From sequence record PQ488502.1: a stretch of 64,000 nt of DNA; one strand, 5' to 3'. A program made the translations under genes and the position numbers. This document shows, one piece after another, positions 55,531 to 64,000 of the stretch (positions are counted from its first letter, which is position 1; every line of letters begins with the position of its first letter). The stretch comes from Escherichia phage BUCT632. Below the pieces are notes generated by a model that was not told the origin of the DNA, did no database searches, and saw only the letters and a list, made by a program, of their open reading frames with translations.

Positions 55531-56163
55531 ATGACACAAGCTGCTATTGACTATAACAAGTTAAAATCAGCACCGGTTCATTTAGATGCTTATATTAAAT
55601 CTATTGATAGCGAATCTAAAGAGGGTGTTGTAAAAATCCGGGGATTCGCTAATACAATTAGTAAAGATCGCGCTGGCGATGTAATCCCTGCTTCCGCATG
55701 GAAAACATCTAATGCACTTGCTAACTATATGAAAAACCCGATTATTCTTTTCGGACACGACCATCGTCGTCCAATCGGCAAGTGTATTGATCTTAATCCT
55801 ACTGAAATGGGTCTCGAAATTGAGTGCGAGATTTATGAAAGTTCTGATCCGGCTATCTTTTCACTAATTAAAAACGGTGTGCTGAAAACTTTTAGTATCG
55901 GATTCCGCTGCTTAGATGCAGAGTGGGATGAAGCTACTGATATATTTATTATTAAAGATTTAGAACTATACGAAGTTTCGGTAGTTTCTGTACCTTGTAA
56001 TCAGGACTCAACATTCAATCTCGCTAAGAGCATGAATGGTCATGATTATACTGAATGGCGCAAATCTTTTACTGCAATAAGTTCTAAAGCTGTCCCAGCT
56101 CAAGAACGTAATCTTTCTGAACTAGAAAAACTTGCGATAGCTTTAGGCTACGTTAAAGAATAA
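55531..56163 (+). CDS. Prohead maturation protease (HK97-family S78-like)
   Basis: 210 aa, located between decoration and major capsid genes; segment FGHDHRRPIG. Confidence 0.6.
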   Translation: MTQAAIDYNKLKSAPVHLDAYIKSIDSESKEGVVKIRGFANTISKDRAGDVIPASAWKTSNALANYMKNPIILFGHDHRRPIGKCIDLNPTEMGLEIECEIYESSDPAIFSLIKNGVLKTFSIGFRCLDAEWDEATDIFIIKDLELYEVSVVSVPCNQDSTFNLAKSMNGHDYTEWRKSFTAISSKAVPAQERNLSELEKLAIALGYVKE

Positions 56164-56180
56164 CGGAGAATTATTTAAAA

Positions 56181-57557
56181 ATGACTATTGATATTAATAA
56201 GCTGAAAGAAGAACTTGGTCTGGGTGATCTGGCTAAATCTCTGGAAGGTCTGACCGCTGCTCAGAAAGCTGCTGAAGCTGAACGTATGCGTAAAGAGCAG
56301 GAAGAAAAAGAACTGGCTCGTATGAACGACCTGGTTTCTAAAGCAGTTGGCGAAGATCGTCAGAAGCTAGAAGAAGCTCTGGAACTGGTTAAATCCCTGG
56401 ATGAAAAATCCAAGAAGAGCGCAGAACTGTTTGCACAGACTGTAGAAAAACAGCAGGAAACTATTGTTGGTCTTCAGGACGAAATCAAATCTCTGCTGGC
56501 AGCTCGTGAAGGACGTTCCTTCGTCGGTGATAGCGTAGCTAAAGCACTGTATGGTACTCAGGAAAACTTTGAAGACGAAGTAGAGAAACTGGTTCTTCTG
56601 TCCTACGTGATGGAAAAAGGTGTATTTGATACCGAACATGGCCAGAGACACCTGAAAGCAGTAAACAACTCCTCTTCTGTAGAAGTTTCTAGTGAAAGTT
56701 ACGAAACTATTTTCTCCCAGCGTATTATTCGTGATCTGCAGAAAGAACTAGTGGTTGGTGCTCTGTTCGAAGAACTGCCAATGTCCAGCAAATTGCTGAC
56801 CATGCTGGTTGAGCCAGAAGCTGGTAAAGCTACCTGGGTAGATGCTTCCACTTATGGTACTGATGCTACTACGGGTAACGAAGTTAAAGGTGCTCTGACT
56901 GAAATTCAGTTCAAGACCTATAAACTGGCTGCTAAATCCTTCATTACTGATGAAACTGAAGAAGATGCAATCTTCTCCTTGCTGCCACTGCTTCGTAAGC
57001 GTCTGATTGAAGCACACGCTGTTTCTATTGAAGAAGCCTTTATGACTGGTGATGGTTCTGGCAAGCCAAAAGGTCTGCTGACTCTTGCTAGTGAAGATAG
57101 TGCTAAGGTTGTTACCGAAGCTAAAGCTGACGGTTCTGTACTGGTAACTGCTAAAACTATCTCTAAACTGCGTCGTAAACTGGGCCGTCATGGTCTGAAA
57201 CTGAGCAAACTGGTACTGATCGTATCTATGGATGCTTACTACGATCTGCTGGAAGATGAAGAATGGCAGGATGTTGCACAGGTTGGTAATGATGCTGTTA
57301 AACTGCAGGGCCAGGTTGGTCGTATTTATGGTCTGCCGGTTGTAGTTTCTGAGTACTTCCCGGCTAAAGCTAACTCTGCAGAATTCGCAGTTATTGTTTA
57401 TAAAGATAACTTCGTAATGCCGCGTCAGCGCGCTGTTACTGTTGAACGTGAGCGCCAGGCTGGTAAACAGCGTGATGCATACTACGTTACTCAGCGTGTT
57501 AACCTGCAACGTTACTTTGCAAATGGCGTTGTGTCCGGTACTTACGCTGCATCTTAA
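56181..57557 (+). CDS. Major capsid protein (pb8-like)
   Basis: 458 aa with N-terminal coiled-coil scaffold-like region; strongly biased codon usage; followed by strong terminator. Confidence 0.75.
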   Translation: MTIDINKLKEELGLGDLAKSLEGLTAAQKAAEAERMRKEQEEKELARMNDLVSKAVGEDRQKLEEALELVKSLDEKSKKSAELFAQTVEKQQETIVGLQDEIKSLLAAREGRSFVGDSVAKALYGTQENFEDEVEKLVLLSYVMEKGVFDTEHGQRHLKAVNNSSSVEVSSESYETIFSQRIIRDLQKELVVGALFEELPMSSKLLTMLVEPEAGKATWVDASTYGTDATTGNEVKGALTEIQFKTYKLAAKSFITDETEEDAIFSLLPLLRKRLIEAHAVSIEEAFMTGDGSGKPKGLLTLASEDSAKVVTEAKADGSVLVTAKTISKLRRKLGRHGLKLSKLVLIVSMDAYYDLLEDEEWQDVAQVGNDAVKLQGQVGRIYGLPVVVSEYFPAKANSAEFAVIVYKDNFVMPRQRAVTVERERQAGKQRDAYYVTQRVNLQRYFANGVVSGTYAAS

Positions 57558-57575
57558 TACAGGCTTTTCAGCCGA

Positions 57576-57603
57576 TAAGGAGAGCTTCGGCTCTCCTTTT
57601 TTA
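57576..57603 (+). terminator. Rho-independent terminator after capsid gene
   Basis: AAGGAGAGC-TTCG-GCTCTCCTT hairpin followed by TTTTTTATT. Confidence 0.8.
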
Positions 57604-57616
57604 TTGGGAAAAATAA

Positions 57617-58129
57617 ATGCAAATCATCACAGCCGAAGATTATAGATTATACGGTAGTTTAAAACGACCTGAATTAGAGTCTGGTGTAGAAATGATGATT
57701 ACTGCTGCCAATGCGCTGATTACGAGCCTTCTAGGCATGGATGATGCTGATGCGGTAGACCAGTTAATCAATACAAAACCTACACGTAGGAAATATTTTC
57801 TGAGCTCACCCTCTGCTACCTCCGTAACTAAAGTGACGATTAACGATAATGAGATTGATCCAGAGCAGTATAAGCTATACTCTGATGGTGTTATCCTCCT
57901 AAAGTTTAATCCTCCAGAAGGTTATATGGATGTAGCATATACACAAGGTGGCTTCAATCCAATGCCTGAAGATCTTAAGTTAGCAGCATGTATGCTAGTA
58001 GATCATTGGCATAAACAAGATTACCGCCAAGCTAAAACAATTGGTGGTGAAACAGTAACCTTCAATAATACTAAATCTGGTATTCCAGAGCATATTCGTA
58101 CTATTATTGAAGTATACAGGAGAGTATAA
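57617..58129 (+). CDS. Hypothetical head-tail joining/completion protein
   Basis: 170-aa ORF immediately after capsid gene. Confidence 0.45.
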   Translation: MQIITAEDYRLYGSLKRPELESGVEMMITAANALITSLLGMDDADAVDQLINTKPTRRKYFLSSPSATSVTKVTINDNEIDPEQYKLYSDGVILLKFNPPEGYMDVAYTQGGFNPMPEDLKLAACMLVDHWHKQDYRQAKTIGGETVTFNNTKSGIPEHIRTIIEVYRRV

Positions 58130-58896
58130 TGTCTCTTTCCGATCTAGCTAAACAAATTATTAAAGAGCAGCTAGATACTGCAGGACGATCTGAAAATAAT
58201 AAGAATACTGTTGTATACTCTGTTGAAACAGGGTTAAAAGATCCTACCAGAGATGGTACTGTTGCTCAAGTATCTTTTAAGTTTTCAAAACCCGTATCAC
58301 AAGATCTTCTTGATGTTAGAACAGCCTCTATACTAAAAGCGGTATCCTCTAGTTTAGATCTTTCTGGGGATTTAGGTGCTCTAGAAAATCTTATACAGGC
58401 AACTGCTGGTAAAAAATCCGCTGTAGGTAAAAAACGTTCTACAGGCAGAGTACAGGTAAACTTTGGGGATCCTAGAGACGTAGAGGATGGATACTCAGGT
58501 GCAATAACAGGTGCTTCTGGACGCTTCGTGTCTAATAGCAATATGAAGGTTATACTAGAGATAGTTGCTAAAGAATACTTAATAAAGGATATGAAGAAGA
58601 CAGGAGCACCACTAAAATTTAGAACCGGTCGCTTTGCAAACTCTTTAAAAATTAAAGATGTTATGCTTAGAGATGCAGAGACTAGTAAAGGTGCCCCAGA
58701 ACTAAACGTAACATATAACTATATGACTCGTCCATATTCTGTATTCAACCCCGTAGTATCTACATACAGGAGATTATCTCTACGACCTTATCCTGGCGCT
58801 AGAAACCCACAAAAACTTATTGGTGAGGCTATAGCAAAAGCTGCAAGAGACCTGATTCACTCCAGATATAAAATTAAGGTTAATCAAGGAACCTAA
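58129..58896 (+). CDS. Hypothetical structural protein
   Basis: 255-aa ORF, translationally coupled (ATAATG overlap). Confidence 0.45.
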   Translation: MSLSDLAKQIIKEQLDTAGRSENNKNTVVYSVETGLKDPTRDGTVAQVSFKFSKPVSQDLLDVRTASILKAVSSSLDLSGDLGALENLIQATAGKKSAVGKKRSTGRVQVNFGDPRDVEDGYSGAITGASGRFVSNSNMKVILEIVAKEYLIKDMKKTGAPLKFRTGRFANSLKIKDVMLRDAETSKGAPELNVTYNYMTRPYSVFNPVVSTYRRLSLRPYPGARNPQKLIGEAIAKAARDLIHSRYKIKVNQGT

Positions 58897-58899
58897 TAA

Positions 58900-59385
58900 A
58901 TGGATCATAGAACAAGTATTGCACAAGCTATGGTTGACCGAATCTCTAAACAAATGGATGGTTCTCAACCTGACGAATATTTTAATAACCTATACGGAAA
59001 CGTTTCTCGTCAAACTTATAAATTTGAGGAAATACGAGAGTTTCCTTATGTGGCAGTTCATATCGGAACTGAAACTGGGCAGTATCTTCCTTCGGGCCAA
59101 CAGTGGATGTTTTTAGAACTTCCAATCCTGGTGTACGATAAAGAGAAAACAGACATTCAAGAGCAACTTGAAAAACTCGTAGCGGATATAAAAACCGTTA
59201 TTGACACAGGTGGAAATTTAGAATATACTGTTAGTAAACCTAATGGATCGACCTTCCCATGTGAGGCAACTGATATGATCATTACATCAGTTAGTACAGA
59301 TGAGGGTCTACTGGCCCCATATGGTTTAGCAGAAATAAATGTAACAGTGAGGTATCAGCCTCCACGTAGGTCACTTCGCAGATAA
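58900..59385 (+). CDS. Hypothetical structural protein
   Basis: 161-aa ORF. Confidence 0.45.
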   Translation: MDHRTSIAQAMVDRISKQMDGSQPDEYFNNLYGNVSRQTYKFEEIREFPYVAVHIGTETGQYLPSGQQWMFLELPILVYDKEKTDIQEQLEKLVADIKTVIDTGGNLEYTVSKPNGSTFPCEATDMIITSVSTDEGLLAPYGLAEINVTVRYQPPRRSLRR

Positions 59386-59411
59386 GTTACAGATTAGGAG
59401 AAAATAATTAA

Positions 59412-60806
59412 ATGTCTTTACAACTATTACGTAATACTCGAATCTTCGTGTCTACGGTTAAGACTGGTCATGATAAGACCAACACGCAAGAGATTCTAGT
59501 TCAGGATGATATTTCTTGGGGTCAGGACAGTAACTCAACAGATATTACTGTTAATGAAGCTGGTCCACGTCCAACTCGTGGTTCTAAACGTTTTAATGAC
59601 TCTTTAAACGCGGCTGAGTGGAGTTTCTCTACTTATATCCTGCCGTATAAAGATAAAACTACTAGCAAACAAATTGTTCCTGACTATATGTTATGGCATG
59701 CACTTTCTAGTGGTAAAGCTCTTAACCTAGAAGGTGATACAGGGGCACACAATAACGAAGCTAACTTTATGGTTAACTTCAAAGATAACTCCTACCATGA
59801 GTTAGCAATGTTACACATTTATATTCTGACTGATAAAGCATGGAGTTATATCGATTCCTGTCAGATTAATCAGGCAGAAGTTAACGTTGATATCGAAGAT
59901 ATTGGCCGTGTAACTTGGTCTGGTAATGGTAATCAGCTTATTCCTCTGGATGAGCAACCATTTGACCCAGATGAATTAGGTATTGATGATGAAACTTATA
60001 TGACTATCCAGAGTTCTTATATTAAGAACAAACTTACTATCCTGAAAATTAAGGATATGGATTCTGGTAAAGCATATGATATTCCTATTACTGGTGGTAC
60101 TTTCACTATTAATAACAACATCACGTACCTAACCCCGAATATTATGTCCCGTGTAAATATTCCGATCGGTTCATTTACTGGCGCATTTGAACTGACTGGT
60201 TCATTAACTGCTTATCTGAATGATAAATCTCTTGGTTCTATGGAGCTGTACAAAGATCTTATCAAAACTCTGAAGGTAGTTAACCGCTTCGAAATTGCTC
60301 TAGTACTTGGTGGTGAATACGATGAAGAACGTCCTGCGGCTATTCTAGTAGCTAAACAAGCACACGTTAATATCCCTACTATTGAAACTGATGATGTACT
60401 TGGTACTTCAGTAGAGTTTAAAGCTATTCCATCTGATCTGGATGCTGGTGATGAAGGTTACTTAGGCTTCTCTAGTAAATATACCAAAACAACTATTAAT
60501 AACTTGATTGTTAATGGTGATGGTGCTACTAATGCTGTAACCGCAATTACTGTTAAATCTGCTGGTGATGCTACTACAGTAAACAACTCGGCTACTCTTC
60601 AAATGAGTGTTGAAGTTACTCCTTCTTCCGCAAAGAATAAGGAAGTTACTTGGGCTATCACTGCCGGTGATGCAGCTACTATCAGTGCAACCGGACTGTT
60701 AACAGCAGATGCTACTAAAACTGGTGCAGTTACTGTAGAAGCTACTGCTAAAGATGGTTCTGGAGTTAAAGGTACTAAACAGATTACTGTAACAGCAGGT
60801 GGCTAA
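59412..60806 (+). CDS. Major tail tube protein with C-terminal Ig-like domain (pb6-like)
   Basis: 464 aa (length matches recalled T5 pb6); C-terminal Ig-like/BIG2-like segment. Confidence 0.6.
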   Translation: MSLQLLRNTRIFVSTVKTGHDKTNTQEILVQDDISWGQDSNSTDITVNEAGPRPTRGSKRFNDSLNAAEWSFSTYILPYKDKTTSKQIVPDYMLWHALSSGKALNLEGDTGAHNNEANFMVNFKDNSYHELAMLHIYILTDKAWSYIDSCQINQAEVNVDIEDIGRVTWSGNGNQLIPLDEQPFDPDELGIDDETYMTIQSSYIKNKLTILKIKDMDSGKAYDIPITGGTFTINNNITYLTPNIMSRVNIPIGSFTGAFELTGSLTAYLNDKSLGSMELYKDLIKTLKVVNRFEIALVLGGEYDEERPAAILVAKQAHVNIPTIETDDVLGTSVEFKAIPSDLDAGDEGYLGFSSKYTKTTINNLIVNGDGATNAVTAITVKSAGDATTVNNSATLQMSVEVTPSSAKNKEVTWAITAGDAATISATGLLTADATKTGAVTVEATAKDGSGVKGTKQITVTAGG

Positions 60807-60810
60807 TTAA

Positions 60811-61710
60811 ATGTACTACTCTCTAATGAGAGAGTCAAAAGTTATAGTTGAGTATGATGGTAGGGCATTTCATTTTGATGCCCTATCAAACTATGATATA
60901 CAGACTTCCTACGAGGAATTCAAGACTCTTCGTAGGACTGTTCATCGTAGAACTAACTATGCAGACTCTATTATAAATGCTCAAACCCCCTCTTCTATCT
61001 CTCTAGCAGTAAATTTCAGCAATACTCTTACGGAGGCTAACTTCTTTGAATGGTTAGGTTTTGATAGAAAAGGTAATACTTTCTTACTCCCACTATATAG
61101 TAATAATATTGAACCTATTATGTTCAATATCTATATGGTAAACAAAGATAATAACTGTGTATATTTTGAAAACTGCTATGTATCTACGGTAGATTTTTCT
61201 TTAGATAAGAATATACCAATTCTTAATGTTGGTATTGAATCGGGGAAATTTTCCGAAGTATCTACGTATAGAGAAGCAGCTTCTATTATACAGGGTGAAG
61301 TAATGTCTTATAGCCCAGTAGTAGCTTCTACTAATGGTAGCATCTTACCTGGTCTTATTTCCGCCTCTTTATCTTTCCAACAGCAGTGCTCCTGGAGAGA
61401 GGATAAGAGTGTTTTTGATATAAATAAAATTTATAATAATAAAAGAGCCTATGTAACTGAAATGAATGCTTCGGCAACCATTTCTCTATACTACTTAAAA
61501 CGTTTTGCAGGAGATATGGTTTATAATATAGAACCGGAGACAGATGTACCTTTAACGATAAGAAATAATAATATTTCTATAGATTTTCCTTCAGCACGTA
61601 TTACAAAACGCCTAGATTTCTCAGATGTGTATAGAGTTGAGTGGGATATTATACCTACTGCTTCTTCAGACCCAGTGAGAATAGATTTCTTTGGAGAAAT
61701 TAAAAAATGA
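60811..61710 (+). CDS. Hypothetical tail protein
   Basis: 299-aa ORF between tail tube and tape measure genes. Confidence 0.45.
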   Translation: MYYSLMRESKVIVEYDGRAFHFDALSNYDIQTSYEEFKTLRRTVHRRTNYADSIINAQTPSSISLAVNFSNTLTEANFFEWLGFDRKGNTFLLPLYSNNIEPIMFNIYMVNKDNNCVYFENCYVSTVDFSLDKNIPILNVGIESGKFSEVSTYREAASIIQGEVMSYSPVVASTNGSILPGLISASLSFQQQCSWREDKSVFDINKIYNNKRAYVTEMNASATISLYYLKRFAGDMVYNIEPETDVPLTIRNNNISIDFPSARITKRLDFSDVYRVEWDIIPTASSDPVRIDFFGEIKK

Positions 61711-62111
61711 TTAATTTAAAAGATATTACTCTTGATACTCGTACTATTACTCTTTCCTACCCAGGTATGCCGAACTTTAAACTAGAACTTAACTATATGT
61801 CTCGTGCTACCTCTAAACGTGTTATTTCTTCTGCTAAACGCGATGAATGGGTTAACGGTACTTTGGTTCAGATACAGGATGATGATAAGTTTATTGAAGC
61901 TTTCGTTGATGCTGCGATTAAAGGTTGGACTGGTTTGACTGTAGGTGACGTTGAAAAACTGATGCTGATTGAAACTGATGCTGATCCTGAGACTGAAGTT
62001 CCTTTTAGCCGCGATAATGCTGTAATGCTCATGCAGAACTCTGCTGCGTTTGATTCTTGGATCAACCAGACAGTGTTCCACTTAGACACTTTTCGTAGCC
62101 CAAAAGCGTAA
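61707..62111 (+). CDS. Hypothetical protein (possible tail assembly chaperone)
   Basis: 134-aa acidic ORF upstream of tape measure gene. Confidence 0.4.
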   Translation: MINLKDITLDTRTITLSYPGMPNFKLELNYMSRATSKRVISSAKRDEWVNGTLVQIQDDDKFIEAFVDAAIKGWTGLTVGDVEKLMLIETDADPETEVPFSRDNAVMLMQNSAAFDSWINQTVFHLDTFRSPKA

Positions 62112-62172
62112 AGAGTTACTAAATGCTGTTGCTGACTTTGCTGATAAGTGTATTAAAAGCTCAGCATCTAAA

Positions 62173-62541
62173 ATGACTAAACAACAATATTTAATACTTT
62201 GCGAGTCAATGGGTATAGAACCTGATCCTAAGGCTATGCCTGTTGAACTTGAAGATTTTCCACCGATTGTAGCTATTAGTATGAATATTTATAACAGTCT
62301 AATTGACTGTTTCATACCGGGTGACTTTCCTATTTTTATAGGTAAGGATAAGGCTGCATTAGGTGTTTTATTTGATATTTATGGGATTACTGATCCCATA
62401 GAAAAAGAATTTGTTCTACACATTATCAATATATTTGATGCTAAAGCTGTAGATGCTGCACGTAAACGTGCTGAGAAGCATAAACCGCAAAACGGAAGGA
62501 TTCCTAACGTTAAGCCACATGCTAGATCTCGTGCACGGTAA
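62173..62541 (+). CDS. Hypothetical protein
   Basis: 122-aa ORF; followed by terminator. Confidence 0.4.
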   Translation: MTKQQYLILCESMGIEPDPKAMPVELEDFPPIVAISMNIYNSLIDCFIPGDFPIFIGKDKAALGVLFDIYGITDPIEKEFVLHIINIFDAKAVDAARKRAEKHKPQNGRIPNVKPHARSRAR

Positions 62542-62574
62542 AAGTTTCCTCCAATGGGCGTTCCACGATGAGGC

Positions 62575-62607
62575 TTGGCTCTGGGTGATTTGCCCAGAGC
62601 CTTTTTT
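62575..62607 (+). terminator. Rho-independent terminator
   Basis: GGCTCTGGG-TGATTTG-CCCAGAGCC hairpin followed by TTTTTTATT. Confidence 0.8.
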
Positions 62608-62624
62608 ATTGGGAAAAATAAAAC

Positions 62625-64000
62625 ATGACTGATAAGCTAATACGAGAATTACTAATAGACGTTAAACAGAAGGGGGCAACTCGTACTGCAAAGTCTATTG
62701 AAAACGTATCTGATGCGTTGGAAAATGCTGCTGCTGCTTCCGAACTGACAAATGAGCAGTTAGGTAAAATGCCCAGAACTCTTTATTCCATTGAGAGGGC
62801 AGCAGACAGAGCAGCGAAAAGTCTTACTAAAATGCAAGCTAGTAGGGGTATGGCTGGTATCACTAAATCCATTGATGGTATTGGTGATAAGCTAGATTAC
62901 CTGGCTATCCAACTTATTGAAGTAACAGATAAACTAGAAATTGGGTTTGATGGAGTTTCTAGATCTGTTAAAGCAATGGGTAATGATGTTGCAGCTGCAA
63001 CAGAGAAAGTTCAAGATAGATTGTATGATACTAATAGAGCATTAGGTGGCACAGCTAGGGGTTTTAATGACACTGCTGGTGCCGCTGGTAGAGCTTCTAG
63101 AGCTATTGGTAATACTTCTGGTTCAGCACGTGGTGCAACTCGTGATTTTGCGGCAATGGCTAAGATAGGTGGTAGTTTACCTATTATGTATGCAGCTCTT
63201 GCTTCCAACATCTTCGTTTTGCAATCTGCATTCGAACAACTTAAACTAGGTGATCAGTTAAATCGTCTAGAAAAATTTGGTGTTATAGTAGGTACTCAGA
63301 CAGGTACTCCTGTTCAGACCCTTGCTAGATCACTACAAGAAGCTGCTGGATATGCTATTTCTTTTGAGGAAGCAATGAGACAGGCATCTTCAGCATCTGC
63401 TTATGGATTTGATGCTGAACAGCTTAATAAATTTGGTTTAGTAGCTCGTCGTGCTGCTGCTGTTCTTGGCGTTGATATGACTGATGCACTTAACCGTGTA
63501 ATTAAGGGTGTATCTAAACAAGAAATCGAACTTCTGGATGAACTTGGTGTCACCATTCGTCTTAATGACGCATACGCTGATTATGTTAAACAGTTAAATG
63601 CTGCAAACACAGGTATAACATATAATGTTAATAGTCTTACTACCTTCCAGAAACAACAAGCGTACGCTAACGCGGTAATTGCTGAATCTACTAAACGGTT
63701 TGGCTACCTAGATGAAGTACTACGTGCAACTCCATGGGAGCAATTTGCTGCTAATGCAGATGCTGCACTAAGAAAAATACAACAAGCTGCTGCTAAGTAT
63801 TTAGGGCCAGTAATTGATGCTATCAACACAGTATTTTATACATCTCAGGCTTCTATATCCGCTGAGGCAGCTAGAGCTCAAGAAAAAACTAATAGACAGA
63901 TAGACCCTACCAACGTTGGTGCTGTTGCTTTAAGTTTAGCTGCTTCTGAAGAAGGCTATAATAAAGCTCTAGATATGTATAAGGAATCTCTTGATAAGCG
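62625..64000 (+). CDS. Tail tape measure protein (pb2-like), 5' part; continues beyond window
   Basis: open frame from ATG 62625 to window end (not in ORF track because no stop); Ala/Gly-rich helical repeats. Confidence 0.6.
   Translation, partial: MTDKLIRELLIDVKQKGATRTAKSIENVSDALENAAAASELTNEQLGKMPRTLYSIERAADRAAKSLTKMQASRGMAGITKSIDGIGDKLDYLAIQLIEVTDKLEIGFDGVSRSVKAMGNDVAAATEKVQDRLYDTNRALGGTARGFNDTAGAAGRASRAIGNTSGSARGATRDFAAMAKIGGSLPIMYAALASNIFVLQSAFEQLKLGDQLNRLEKFGVIVGTQTGTPVQTLARSLQEAAGYAISFEEAMRQASSASAYGFDAEQLNKFGLVARRAAAVLGVDMTDALNRVIKGVSKQEIELLDELGVTIRLNDAYADYVKQLNAANTGITYNVNSLTTFQKQQAYANAVIAESTKRFGYLDEVLRATPWEQFAANADAALRKIQQAAAKYLGPVIDAINTVFYTSQASISAEAARAQEKTNRQIDPTNVGAVALSLAASEEGYNKALDMYKESLDK

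Noticed and set aside
56748-57509. 253-aa minus-strand ORF inside the major capsid gene
   Set aside because: Antisense to a strongly codon-biased capsid gene; Asn/Phe/Ser-rich translation typical of an antisense frame.

Overview
This window reads as a T5-like (Tequintavirus-type) lytic coliphage genome segment, almost entirely plus-strand coding. Bases 1-38140 are an early region: nucleotide metabolism genes (nrdB 3' end, DHFR, thymidylate synthase, RNase H, dNMP kinase, GrcA-like glycyl-radical cofactor), about 20 near-identical PN25-type sigma70 promoters, a dense cluster of at least 26 tRNA genes (9.1-21.0 kb) interleaved with small ORFs and structured non-coding elements, a lysis cassette (holin-like, L-Ala-D-Glu peptidase, spanin-like pair) and two metallophosphatases. 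Bases 38150-39950 are an ORF-free repeat locus (iterons, DnaA boxes, palindromes). Bases 39960-49500 look like the pre-early/terminal-repeat module (A1-like 556-aa phosphoesterase, A2-like, HAD-type dmp-like nucleotidase, a minus-strand block of unknown genes). From 49640 the late region begins: Llp-like lipoprotein, receptor-binding protein, terminase, a frame-disrupted HNH/portal interval, decoration protein, prohead protease, major capsid, tail tube and the start of the tape measure gene. Most interesting are two oversized tRNA-like genes with 48-55 nt anticodon-loop insertions, a family of long hairpins flanking tRNAs, the frame-disrupted portal region and the iteron/DnaA-box locus. All calls are made by eye from the sequence and ORF track; no searches or folding programs were run, and family names rest on recalled motifs.
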